Source of the DNA: a virus | Lineage: Duplodnaviria > Heunggongvirae > Uroviricota > Caudoviricetes | Strand: one strand, 5' to 3' | DNA: 17,058 nucleotides | IMG/VR virus record: IMGVR_UViG_2609460221_000007 | Span: 1 to 17,058 of that record | Part shown: positions 1 through 7,275 of the stretch, piece after piece | Position numbering within the stretch: position 1 is the stretch's first letter | Layout of the letters: each line of letters opens with the position of its first letter | Program-made: the position numbers and the translations under genes | Notes under the pieces: generated by a model | The model's database searches: none | What the model was told of the DNA's origin: nothing | What the model saw: the letters and a program-made list of their open reading frames with translations, nothing else

Positions 1-303
1 GATGGTAAGGCCTTTCCTCAGCCAGCAGGTGCTGCGTTACCAGTCCGGGAAGCCGCAACACAGGAAGAAATTAAAACAGAAACTGTGGCGGACATTGTGC
101 AGCCGTTGCCATCGTTTACCGAAACGCAAGCAGATGAGCTGATTTTTCCGTCCCTTCGCAGGGCAAACCTGGCGCTGCGCAGGGCGAAAAGTGATGTTCA
201 GAAGTGGGAGCGAGTCTGCGCCGCGCTGCGGGAGCTGAACAAGCACCGGGATATTGTTCGACAGATTAGTGATTCTTCCCGCCGTGTTGTATCGGAAAAG
301 TGA
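1..303 (+). CDS. 3' end of an upstream gene (5' end outside window); hypothetical protein
   Basis: Frame 1 is open from base 1 to TGA at 301-303, co-directional with the downstream operon, and the stop is followed directly by the RBS of the next gene. No recognisable motif. Confidence 0.4.
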   Translation, partial: DGKAFPQPAGAALPVREAATQEEIKTETVADIVQPLPSFTETQADELIFPSLRRANLALRRAKSDVQKWERVCAALRELNKHRDIVRQISDSSRRVVSEK

Positions 304-318
304 TTGCCGGAGGCGCTT

Positions 319-711
319 ATGGCAAAAGTATTTACACCAGAAGAGCGGGAAGAAGTGAAGGCGCGCATTGTGGAATTCGTGCGCCTGAGCGGACGAGAAA
401 CTTTTCGACAACTGGCAGATAAAACGGGTGTCAGTAAGACCGCTATTCGTCGTTTATCTGGTGCGCTTGCGGCCAGTGGTGATGTCTGGCTCTCTGGTTG
501 CGGGGTATTTCCATCAGAGCAGGCGTATCGCGTATGGCGTAAGACACCGGAGAAGGCTGCTGACCCGACACTGATTCGAAAGTTACCTGACGGAGAAATA
601 CGTCGTTACAACAGACGGCAGAACATAATTTGTCGTGAGTGCCGCCAGAGCGAAGTCATGCAGCGTGTGCTGGCGTTCTATCGGGGAAACTTTCAGGAGG
701 TGATGGAGTGA
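319..711 (+). CDS. hypothetical protein with possible helix-turn-helix (…FRQLADKTGVSKTAIRRL…)
   Basis: ATG at 319 preceded by GGAGG (309-313). The ORF track extends to a TTG at 304, which is less likely. Stop TGA 709-711 overlaps the next start. Confidence 0.55.
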   Translation: MAKVFTPEEREEVKARIVEFVRLSGRETFRQLADKTGVSKTAIRRLSGALAASGDVWLSGCGVFPSEQAYRVWRKTPEKAADPTLIRKLPDGEIRRYNRRQNIICRECRQSEVMQRVLAFYRGNFQEVME

Positions 712-1004
712 GGGTGAGAGTTTATATTGCCGGTCCAATGACGGGATATGAAAATTTCAACCGTGAGGCGTTTCACAAGGCGGAAGAGGAACTGAAACGG
801 GAAGGGCATACCGTCTTAAACCCGGCAGTACTTCCGGACGGGCTGACACAGCCGCACTACATGGATATTTGCATGGCAATGATTCGTTGTGTGGATGCGA
901 TTTACATGCTGAATGGCTGGCAGCGGTCAGCGGGCGCTAAGGCAGAGCTGGCACTGGCGGAGAAACTGGGGCATGCGGTGATTTATCAGGAGGTGGCTCA
1001 ATGA
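708..1004 (+). CDS. DUF4406-like protein (nucleoside 2-deoxyribosyltransferase-like fold)
   Basis: GTG start at 708, 7 nt after AGGAGG (695-700), overlapping the upstream stop. N-terminal 'VYIAGPMTG' motif followed by 'NPA' and a conserved acidic C-terminal half, as recalled for DUF4406/NDT-like proteins. Confidence 0.5.
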   Translation: MRVRVYIAGPMTGYENFNREAFHKAEEELKREGHTVLNPAVLPDGLTQPHYMDICMAMIRCVDAIYMLNGWQRSAGAKAELALAEKLGHAVIYQEVAQ

Positions 1005-1462
1005 GAGAGGTTAACTATGAGGCGCTTCGTGAGGCAGCACAAAACTATCAGTCGACGCTGGCGTGGTATCAGGCTATCCCGGACAGNCCAAATGCTGAAC
1101 GGGATTGTGATGCGGCTCTTGCTGCGTTTAAGCGTCACATCCGTCATCGGGAAGCGGATATTATCGCTGATTTGCTGGATGGACTGGAAGAAGCAAAATC
1201 ACAACTCAACGAGCAGCGTGAGTATTACGAAGGCGTTATCTCTGATGGGAGTAAGCGTATTGCTGAACTGGAAGCGCGGGAAGTTCAATTACCGACTCGC
1301 TACGACCTTCGATATGGACACCCGATAAATGCAGATGAGCGACATGTCATGATACCTAAAGAAAATGGCAGTTGGCTTTACCTGATTGACCTAGAACACG
1401 CATTACGCGTCGCTGGCATTCGCATCAAAGGAGAGGAGCATGGAAATAAAACCAGAGGATGA
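1001..1462 (+). CDS. hypothetical protein (153 aa)
   Basis: ATG 1001 overlaps the upstream stop (ATGA); RBS AGGAGGTGG at 987-996. One ambiguous codon (n at 1087). Confidence 0.6.
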   Translation: MREVNYEALREAAQNYQSTLAWYQAIPDXPNAERDCDAALAAFKRHIRHREADIIADLLDGLEEAKSQLNEQREYYEGVISDGSKRIAELEAREVQLPTRYDLRYGHPINADERHVMIPKENGSWLYLIDLEHALRVAGIRIKGEEHGNKTRG

Positions 1463-1796
1463 GTTAAGCAATATCGTTTTATTTCCGGTAAAAGAGGATG
1501 ACCCTCGTAATCAGGTTAATTTTCTTTATGAGTCATCGGAAAGACCATATTGTCATCACGCCTCTGTTCGGGTTGACGAAAAAGAGCGTCAGGTCCGCTG
1601 TAAAATCTGCGGTGCAGTTGTGGAGCCGTTTGACTGGATGCTCTCTGTGGCGAAAAGAGAAACCAGACTGGCAGATGATGTAAGGCTATTGCGCCAGGAG
1701 GAACAGGAAAGGCGGAAAAATATAGAAAAGTTAATTCAGATTGAGCGTAACGCGAAAGCGCGGATATGCAGGGCGACAAAATCCAGAACTGAATAA
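1440..1796 (+). CDS. hypothetical protein with putative zinc-ribbon (C-HH…C-x2-C)
   Basis: ATG 1440 with RBS AAGGAGAGGAG (1428-1438); overlaps the 3' end of the upstream ORF by 23 nt; Cys/His cluster YCHH…CKICG. Confidence 0.55.
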   Translation: MEIKPEDELSNIVLFPVKEDDPRNQVNFLYESSERPYCHHASVRVDEKERQVRCKICGAVVEPFDWMLSVAKRETRLADDVRLLRQEEQERRKNIEKLIQIERNAKARICRATKSRTE

Positions 1797-1891
1797 TTAA
1801 ATTTAGCACTGTTAAAAATTTTATCCTTAACCGGAGGGATTTCTGCACCCTCAGAACATCAGGAGGCCGCCCGAAAGGGCGGTAATGAAAA

Positions 1892-2299
1892 ATGACTGAA
1901 TTAACAAAAGAGCAATTAATCGAAGAAGCCAAATTAAAAATAGCGATTGCGAAATGCCACACGAATTCAGGGATGGCACGGGTAGAGGGTGAGTTATTCA
2001 AAATTGCACTGGCATCGCTAGAAGCGGAACCGATAGCGTGGAAATGCGGCGAAAACATAATCCTGTTTAATCCTGACACAGTTGAAGCATACGCAAAACG
2101 TGCGGAGATATCACCTAAACCACTATTCGCAGCTCCACCTGTGCCGGTTGTGTCTGAAGGACTGGTTAAAGCCGTGCGCTTCTATGAAAAGGTTAAGCGT
2201 GAAAATCCGCCAGTCGAAACCGGAGCATGGAAAGACGCTGTTGACTGGGTGCTCAAAGAGGCCTGCCAGGTTGTAAACACTGGCATCAAAGGAGACTGA
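1892..2299 (+). CDS. hypothetical protein (135 aa); shares an 'EP(I/V)A(W/Y)…AAPPVPVVSE' region with the 328-aa protein at 2663-3649
   Basis: ATG 1892. An AGGAGG (1861-1866) is separated from the start by a GC hairpin (1867-1882). Stop 2297-2299 lies 1 nt before the next ATG. Confidence 0.6.
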   Translation: MTELTKEQLIEEAKLKIAIAKCHTNSGMARVEGELFKIALASLEAEPIAWKCGENIILFNPDTVEAYAKRAEISPKPLFAAPPVPVVSEGLVKAVRFYEKVKRENPPVETGAWKDAVDWVLKEACQVVNTGIKGD

Positions 2300-2300
2300 T

Positions 2301-2666
2301 ATGGCACTGACGAAAAAACAACGTGCAGAATTGCGCATGAAGTTTGGCGGTCGCTGTGCTTATTGCGGCTGTGAACTTGGCGAAAAGTGGCATGCAGACC
2401 ATGTAAAACCGGTCATTCGTTTTAATGGAAATATGCTTCACCAGGAACGTGACGATATATCCAACATGGTTCCGGCATGCCACCCATGCAATCTGCACAA
2501 GCATTGCAGTAGCCTGGAAGACTATCGGCGAATTATCAGTGATGGTCGTCGTGAATTCCTTGCGTCCGGGAAAGGCAAAGCGCTGGTTCGTATGGGATTG
2601 GTTGAAATGAAATCTGACCCGGTTGTGTTCTGGTTTGAAAAATATCAAGAAGGGGCTACAGCATGA
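2301..2666 (+). CDS. HNH endonuclease
   Basis: Canonical HNH motif directly visible in translation: C-A-Y-C-G…H-A-D-H-V-K-P…N-M-V-P-A-C-H-P-C-N-L-H-K. RBS AAAGGAGA (2288-2295). Confidence 0.8.
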   Translation: MALTKKQRAELRMKFGGRCAYCGCELGEKWHADHVKPVIRFNGNMLHQERDDISNMVPACHPCNLHKHCSSLEDYRRIISDGRREFLASGKGKALVRMGLVEMKSDPVVFWFEKYQEGATA

Positions 2667-3649
2667 CCACTATTACCAATAAGAAACAGTATCCCAGCGA
2701 GCAATATCTTAATGAGCTTATCACCAACATAGAGTTTGCTGCAAGGGCACCAGTTGAAGTCGTGAGCGCAATGGCAGCAGAGCTACAGAAGCGGCGCGAA
2801 GCTGATAGCGCAGAACCAGTTGCTTATATTTTCAAACATCCGGCCGGGAAATTATTCTGGGCTTTAACGGATGAAAGCAATAAAGAGCAAGCGGACGTTA
2901 TTCCTGTTTATGCCGCCCCTCCAGTGCCAGTAGTATCTGAAGAAAAACCAATGCCTAACCCTCTTAAAATGTACGCGGTCGATGATGTTGCCGCTATTGC
3001 AGAGGTGAGAGGCTGGAATGCCTACCGCGCCGCCATGCTTCAGAGTCAGGGGGAAGGCAACCCTCATGTAACCCCGGCTCGCCTGCCTGGTGGTTTCACC
3101 ATTGAGGATGCGAAGGTGTTACATGAAGACCTTGTACGTAGCCACATAAGCCAGGCTTTAAGTGGCGAAAAGATGAAAAAGAAAGATCGCGATGCTGATT
3201 TGCGCTGGATTCATGGCGTAATAGTTCAGGCCGCGTGGTTTGTAAAGGCATCACTGGAGCAGAATGCACTATCGGGCAACTCTCCGGTAATTCCTGGTGA
3301 GGTGTTGTCCGCAATCCGGGAGGTTGCCAGGATTCGCGCCGATTTCGATGATTTTGACGGTGACAGGCGAGGTATCGGTGATTGTCTGGATGAGGCCGAG
3401 CAAGAGCTTATCGTTACCATTAACAAATATGCCAGTCAGTTGGCAGTAGAGCCGGTAGTACCTGATGACGTTCTGGAACAGACAGTAGCGTCGCCAGCGC
3501 TAGGTAACCAGGTTAGCGAATTAACAATGTGGGTTAAACGACTGGTCAGTCAACTGAAAAAAGCTCAGCCGGACTGCAAATTACCGGAGAAGGCGATGGA
3601 TTACCTGAAACGAAATGGACTGATAAGCGTGGAGGATGTTTTACGATGA
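2663..3649 (+). CDS. hypothetical protein (328 aa); N-terminal region paralogous to the 1892-2299 product
   Basis: ATG 2663 overlaps the HNH stop (ATGA-type coupling). Long ORF with phage-like codon usage; contains the 'YAAPPVPVVSE' motif. Confidence 0.65.
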   Translation: MTTITNKKQYPSEQYLNELITNIEFAARAPVEVVSAMAAELQKRREADSAEPVAYIFKHPAGKLFWALTDESNKEQADVIPVYAAPPVPVVSEEKPMPNPLKMYAVDDVAAIAEVRGWNAYRAAMLQSQGEGNPHVTPARLPGGFTIEDAKVLHEDLVRSHISQALSGEKMKKKDRDADLRWIHGVIVQAAWFVKASLEQNALSGNSPVIPGEVLSAIREVARIRADFDDFDGDRRGIGDCLDEAEQELIVTINKYASQLAVEPVVPDDVLEQTVASPALGNQVSELTMWVKRLVSQLKKAQPDCKLPEKAMDYLKRNGLISVEDVLR

Positions 3650-3769
3650 ATATTTAGACTAAAGAGTTTGTAACGCTATGTAAGTGATTTTTTCTGGTTT
3701 AGATATTTATATGTCCGGCCAAATTGAGGTGTGTTTAAATGTTATTGCACATTGATTGTAGGGGGAATA

Positions 3770-3949
3770 ATGAAAAACGCATTGCAGTTTTTGTTTGTTG
3801 CGTTCTGGTTGTTCGCATCATGTATGCCCATCATCTTCACAGCAAGGTATATGGAAAAAATTGATGTTTTGATATTAATGTTTGGACATATAAATGCCCT
3901 TTTTTTAGGGGTGTTCATGGCGGTCATGTGCATTGAATACTGGCGGTAA
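3770..3949 (+). CDS. possible small two-helix membrane protein (59 aa)
   Basis: ATG 3770 preceded by GGGGGA (3761-3766); strongly hydrophobic translation (…LQFLFVAFWLFASCMPIIF… / …NALFLGVFMAVMCIEYW); AT-rich. Could be spurious. Confidence 0.3.
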   Translation: MKNALQFLFVAFWLFASCMPIIFTARYMEKIDVLILMFGHINALFLGVFMAVMCIEYWR

Positions 3950-4004
3950 ATACAGCGAACGCCATTGGTTTAGTTGGATATTTACTGTGCCGGACAAAAA
4001 CGGT

Positions 4005-4032
4005 TTGCGGGGAAATCTTAGTTAAGTAGAAT
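4005..4032 (+). promoter_or_regulatory. candidate sigma70 promoter for the hok transcript (TTGCGG -35, 16-nt spacer, TAGAAT -10)
   Basis: Hexamers read directly at 4005-4010 and 4027-4032; position is appropriate for a long hok leader. Not verified. Confidence 0.25.
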
Positions 4033-4151
4033 AACTGCGGGTGCTTGAGGCTATCTGTCTCAGGCATGAACACCAAAAGGCAGATAGAGAAAAGCCCCAG
4101 TTAACATTACGCGTCCTGCAAGACGCTTAACATTAATCTGAGGCCATATCT

Positions 4152-4211
4152 ATGCGACACATAGAGATTAGCCTCTTACGGACCGAAAGGTCAAGGAGAA
4201 GCAGGCTATGA
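4152..4211 (+). CDS. mok-like leader ORF translationally coupled to hok
   Basis: ATG 4152; 19 codons; stop TGA 4209-4211 overlaps the hok ATG (4208-4210). This is the arrangement expected for hok/mok loci. Confidence 0.3.
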   Translation: MRHIEISLLRTERSRRSRL

Positions 4212-4333
4212 AGCAGCAAAAGGCGATGTTAATCGNCCTGATCGTCATCTGTTTAACCGTCATAGTGACGGCACTGGTAACGAGGAAAGACCTCTGCGAG
4301 GTACGAATCCGAACTGGCAGACGGAGGCTCTGA
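4208..4333 (+). CDS. hok: Hok/Gef-family type I toxin (HokD/RelF-like)
   Basis: RBS AGGAGA (4193-4198); translation MKQQKAMLI(x)LIVICLTVIVTALVTRKDLCEVRIRTG… matches the Hok/Gef transmembrane core as recalled. The C-terminal tail as written (…RRRL*) differs from recalled homologues and may reflect a 1-nt indel or sequence error. Confidence 0.75.
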   Translation: MKQQKAMLIXLIVICLTVIVTALVTRKDLCEVRIRTGRRRL

Positions 4334-4415
4334 TTCGTAGACTACTAATCTGAGTAAAAGACCCAGCGGGGAAAGAACCACGCCGGGACTAGTTAATAAG
4401 ATATTTATAGCGTGG

Positions 4416-4757
4416 CTATTCTTTTTTTGCGGTATAGACTTTTTCGCCTGAGAAGTCTGGAGCTACCCAAAAGTTAATATTAAACTGAGCATCATCGCTT
4501 AGTTCAACACGGTGCCAGTATTGTGGTGGGCTTGTTGCAAAAGCGCCAGCATTAATGACTACTTTTATCTCCGGTTCAGTAGCATTCTCATCAGCAAAAC
4601 CATAATATGTTACAGTACCTTCCATCACGCATAACTGTCCAAAAACACCTGCTGCTGTATTATGATGTGTTAATAACGCTGAAGGTACGTTCTCTTTTGT
4701 GAAGAACGGAGTTGAGCGTTTGATTACCCAGTCTTTAGGAATTCTCTTGTGTGTCAT
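4416..4757 (-). CDS. YeaR-like / DUF1971 family protein (TehB-associated cupin-like domain)
   Basis: Start ATG (MTHKR…) preceded on the minus strand by GGGAGGTG. Translation shows RSTPFF…VMEGTVTYYGFADENATEPE…FNINFWVAP, closely paralleling the recalled E. coli YeaR pattern. Convergent with hok. Confidence 0.6.
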   Translation of the reverse strand: MTHKRIPKDWVIKRSTPFFTKENVPSALLTHHNTAAGVFGQLCVMEGTVTYYGFADENATEPEIKVVINAGAFATSPPQYWHRVELSDDAQFNINFWVAPDFSGEKVYTAKKE

Positions 4758-5124
4758 AACCACCTCCCATAAAACATGCATTATAAATGCACCTTTTTGA
4801 GGGTTATGTCAAGCTGTTATGAAACACATAATTGATATGTTGATTAGAGGAGAAGATAGAATCAATATGGTTGTTTTTCGTATAACTATTTGTTTTACTT
4901 TTAGTTTGTGCATTCTGTGTGTTAGGAATAACTTATTAAAGTTTAACTAAAAAATCTCGATATAGTCCGCATAGATTACTGTTACTGAATCTTATTGTGT
5001 GCATTAGTTGTGTTCTGAAATTTCAATTTAATTACTTATGATATATTTTTAACGATAAATGTTTTCCGGGTGAAAGACAGTGGGGGATGAGATAAGCAAT
5101 ATATCATTAATCTTGATTATTTCC

Positions 5125-5186
5125 AGGATGCCTTTACTGTGCATATAAATAAATCATATACGCATCAAATAATGTAAAGGCATCCT
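5125..5186. repeat. perfect 13-bp inverted repeat (AGGATGCCTTTAC … GTAAAGGCATCCT) with 36-nt AT-rich spacer
   Basis: Arms at 5125-5137 and 5174-5186 are exact reverse complements, read directly; lies in an ORF-free AT-rich region. Confidence 0.6.
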
Positions 5187-5625
5187 TTTAGATATATCTT
5201 ATCAAATGTTAATGATTTGAGTGGGAAACATGATTCCAGAAACTAATCATGCGGCTACTTTATAAAAATAATGCCCATATAAAACAGCCAGCGAAAAGGA
5301 TTACGGATAAAAAAGGAGCGAGATGTGCATAGTTGTTATTTTCCATGTTTAACCACCTTAAATAATTGATGATGACGGGATGTGCATCTGTAATGCTTTT
5401 GTTGAAATGTTATGATNAAAAAAGAACTTTTTCATAACATTAAAATGTAATTTATCTAATCGTTTTTAATAATAAGTGTTGTATTTCTATCCTTGTATCA
5501 GCTATTTGATATGTAGTGTTTGTTCATGTTATGTGGAGCTTTACACCATAGCCAGTTTATTTATACTTTATTCGTCAGCCTGAACAACTGGCATCTGCTG
5601 CACTGCGCCATCGAGAGATTGAGAA

Positions 5626-6225
5626 ATGGCGCATATACAACTGGTCAAACAAACCTCTTCTGGACTACTTCTCCCGGCGACGCCGGAGAGTTGCGATTTT
5701 TTGCATCAAATCAAAATAGGCGAGTGGATACACGCAGACTTTAAGCGTGTGCGTAACTACGCATTCCACAAGCGTTTTTTCAAACTCCTGCAACTGGGAT
5801 TCGATTACTGGACTCCGGTCGGTGGGGCGATCACGCCTCGCGAACGAAAGCTGGTTTCAGGATTCGTTGATTACCTATGTGAATCAGTAGGCCGGGAACA
5901 TACGCCAGCTCTGAGCGAAGCCGCAGAGCAATATCTGAATACAGTTGCGACACGCAGAACCCGGGATACGGCATTGCTAAAGTCGTTTGAGGCTTTCCGC
6001 GAGTGGGTAACCATTCAGGCCGGATTTTACACCGAGCATCTTTATCCTGATGGTAGCCATGGGCGTCGGGCGAAATCCATCGCTTTTGCGAATATGGACG
6101 AAACCGAGTTTCAGCAGGTTTATAAATCTGTTCTGAATGTGCTGTGGAACTGGATTCTGTTCCGTAAATTTTCCTCTCCGGAACAAGTCGAAAATGTGAC
6201 CGCGCAGCTGCTGGAGTTTGCGTAA
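5626..6225 (+). CDS. lambdoid nin-region protein (possibly DUF1367 family)
   Basis: 199-aa ORF immediately upstream of and abutting the ybcO-like gene; GC content returns to the phage-core level. Family assignment is from memory of the gene order in lambdoid prophages. Confidence 0.55.
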   Translation: MAHIQLVKQTSSGLLLPATPESCDFLHQIKIGEWIHADFKRVRNYAFHKRFFKLLQLGFDYWTPVGGAITPRERKLVSGFVDYLCESVGREHTPALSEAAEQYLNTVATRRTRDTALLKSFEAFREWVTIQAGFYTEHLYPDGSHGRRAKSIAFANMDETEFQQVYKSVLNVLWNWILFRKFSSPEQVENVTAQLLEFA

Positions 6226-6515
6226 TGGTGGATTTACGTAAAGCGGCGCGGGGGCAGATGTGCACCGTCAGAATTCCTGGCTACTGCAATCACGATCCGG
6301 AAACGTCTGTGCTGGCGCATTACCGACTGGCGGGAACGTGCGGAACAGCGACAAAACCACACGATATGCAGGCGGCGATTGCCTGTAGCTCATGCCACGA
6401 TCTAATCGACGGGCGGGTAAAAACCAGCGATTACACCAAAGAAGAATTACGCCTGATGCATGCAGAAGGTGTTTTTCGCACACAAGAAATCTGGAGAAAG
6501 GAGGGATATTTGTGA
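6225..6515 (+). CDS. YbcO-like (DUF1364) Cys-rich nin-region protein, putative nuclease
   Basis: 96 aa; Cys cluster (C-x…CNHDPETSVLAHYRL…C…CSSCHDLID) resembles the YbcO family as recalled; stop overlaps the Q start (GTGA). Confidence 0.6.
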   Translation: MVDLRKAARGQMCTVRIPGYCNHDPETSVLAHYRLAGTCGTATKPHDMQAAIACSSCHDLIDGRVKTSDYTKEELRLMHAEGVFRTQEIWRKEGYL

Positions 6516-7054
6516 TTTACCCAACGAATACAGGAAAAAGCGGAGAACACCTTCGTCTCGCCACGCTGGAAAGTGTCTGGATTCAGGGCAAACTGCGTAT
6601 GTGGGGGCGCTGGTCGTATATTGGCGGTGGCAGGTCAGGAAATATGTTCAATCAGTTGTTGGCATCCAAAAAATTGACGAAAACAGCCATCAATGAAGCC
6701 CTGCGCAGAATGAAAAAAGCGGGAATAGAGAAAGCTGAGCTGGAAGCGTTTTTGCGAGAGATGATCAACGGCAAGCAAAAGAGCTGGCTGGCGCATTGTA
6801 CTGATGCAGAGGCGTTATGTATTGATCGAGTCATAAGTGAGGTGCTGGCAGAGCATCCTGGATTGATTAGTGTCCTCCGGCAACGGTATGAAGGACGGGG
6901 GATGACTAAGCGCAAAATGGCTGAATTGCTAAATGATGCACATCCTGAGTGGTGTTTTAGCACATGCGAAAAGCGAATTGCTAATTGGTTGGCTGTTGCT
7001 GAGTATGCCCTATATATTCCCATGCGAGAATCATTTGCTCAAAAAATAGCTTGA
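6512..7054 (+). CDS. late-gene antiterminator Q-like protein
   Basis: GTG start 6512 preceded by GGAGGG; position immediately upstream of a promoter/terminator region and the lysis cassette; basic, Cys-containing protein. The call is mainly positional. Confidence 0.55.
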   Translation: MIYPTNTGKSGEHLRLATLESVWIQGKLRMWGRWSYIGGGRSGNMFNQLLASKKLTKTAINEALRRMKKAGIEKAELEAFLREMINGKQKSWLAHCTDAEALCIDRVISEVLAEHPGLISVLRQRYEGRGMTKRKMAELLNDAHPEWCFSTCEKRIANWLAVAEYALYIPMRESFAQKIA

Positions 7055-7138
7055 TTTTTTACGCATAAACTGCTTCAATTCCGGTATGCTTCGCAAAGCT
7101 GTATCGCGAGGCGAACCAAGCGCATGAACTTTACCAGA

Positions 7139-7166
7139 ACCCGCCATTGAGCGGGTTTTGTTGTTT
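7139..7166 (+). terminator. tR'-like intrinsic terminator downstream of Q
   Basis: Stem AACCCGC/GCGGGTT with 6-nt loop (cattga), followed by TTTTGTTGTTT, about 85 nt after the Q stop. This is the arrangement expected for the pR'/tR' late regulatory region. Confidence 0.55.
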
Positions 7167-7275
7167 CTGGTACTGGTGAACCTGATGTTTCATTTCTGGA
7201 GCGCGATTCCTGGCGGAATACCTAGAATCGAGACATTCTGGTAAAATTGTTTTCAGTACAGGATGTGGAGGTGAG

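Noticed and set aside
37-411. 124-aa minus-strand ORF overlapping the first two + strand genes
   Set aside because: Antisense to a co-directional, translationally coupled operon; no RBS and no recognisable motif; most likely a shadow ORF.
1516-2079. 187-aa minus-strand ORF
   Set aside because: Lies antisense across two + strand genes and the structured intergenic RBS region; serine- and proline-rich low-complexity translation typical of a shadow frame.
2286-2648. 120-aa minus-strand ORF opposite the HNH gene
   Set aside because: The + strand frame carries an unmistakable HNH motif; the antisense ORF is almost certainly spurious.
5520-5744. 74-aa + strand ORF overlapping the start of the nin-region gene
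   Set aside because: Begins in the AT-rich non-coding region without an RBS and overlaps the better-supported 5626 start in another frame.
5831-6265. 144-aa minus-strand ORF (with 5977-6186 and 6268-6483 minus ORFs)
   Set aside because: Antisense to the nin-region and YbcO-like genes, which have coupled starts and stops on the + strand.
6652-7023. 123-aa minus-strand ORF inside the Q-like gene
   Set aside because: Antisense shadow of the Q-like ORF; no independent support.
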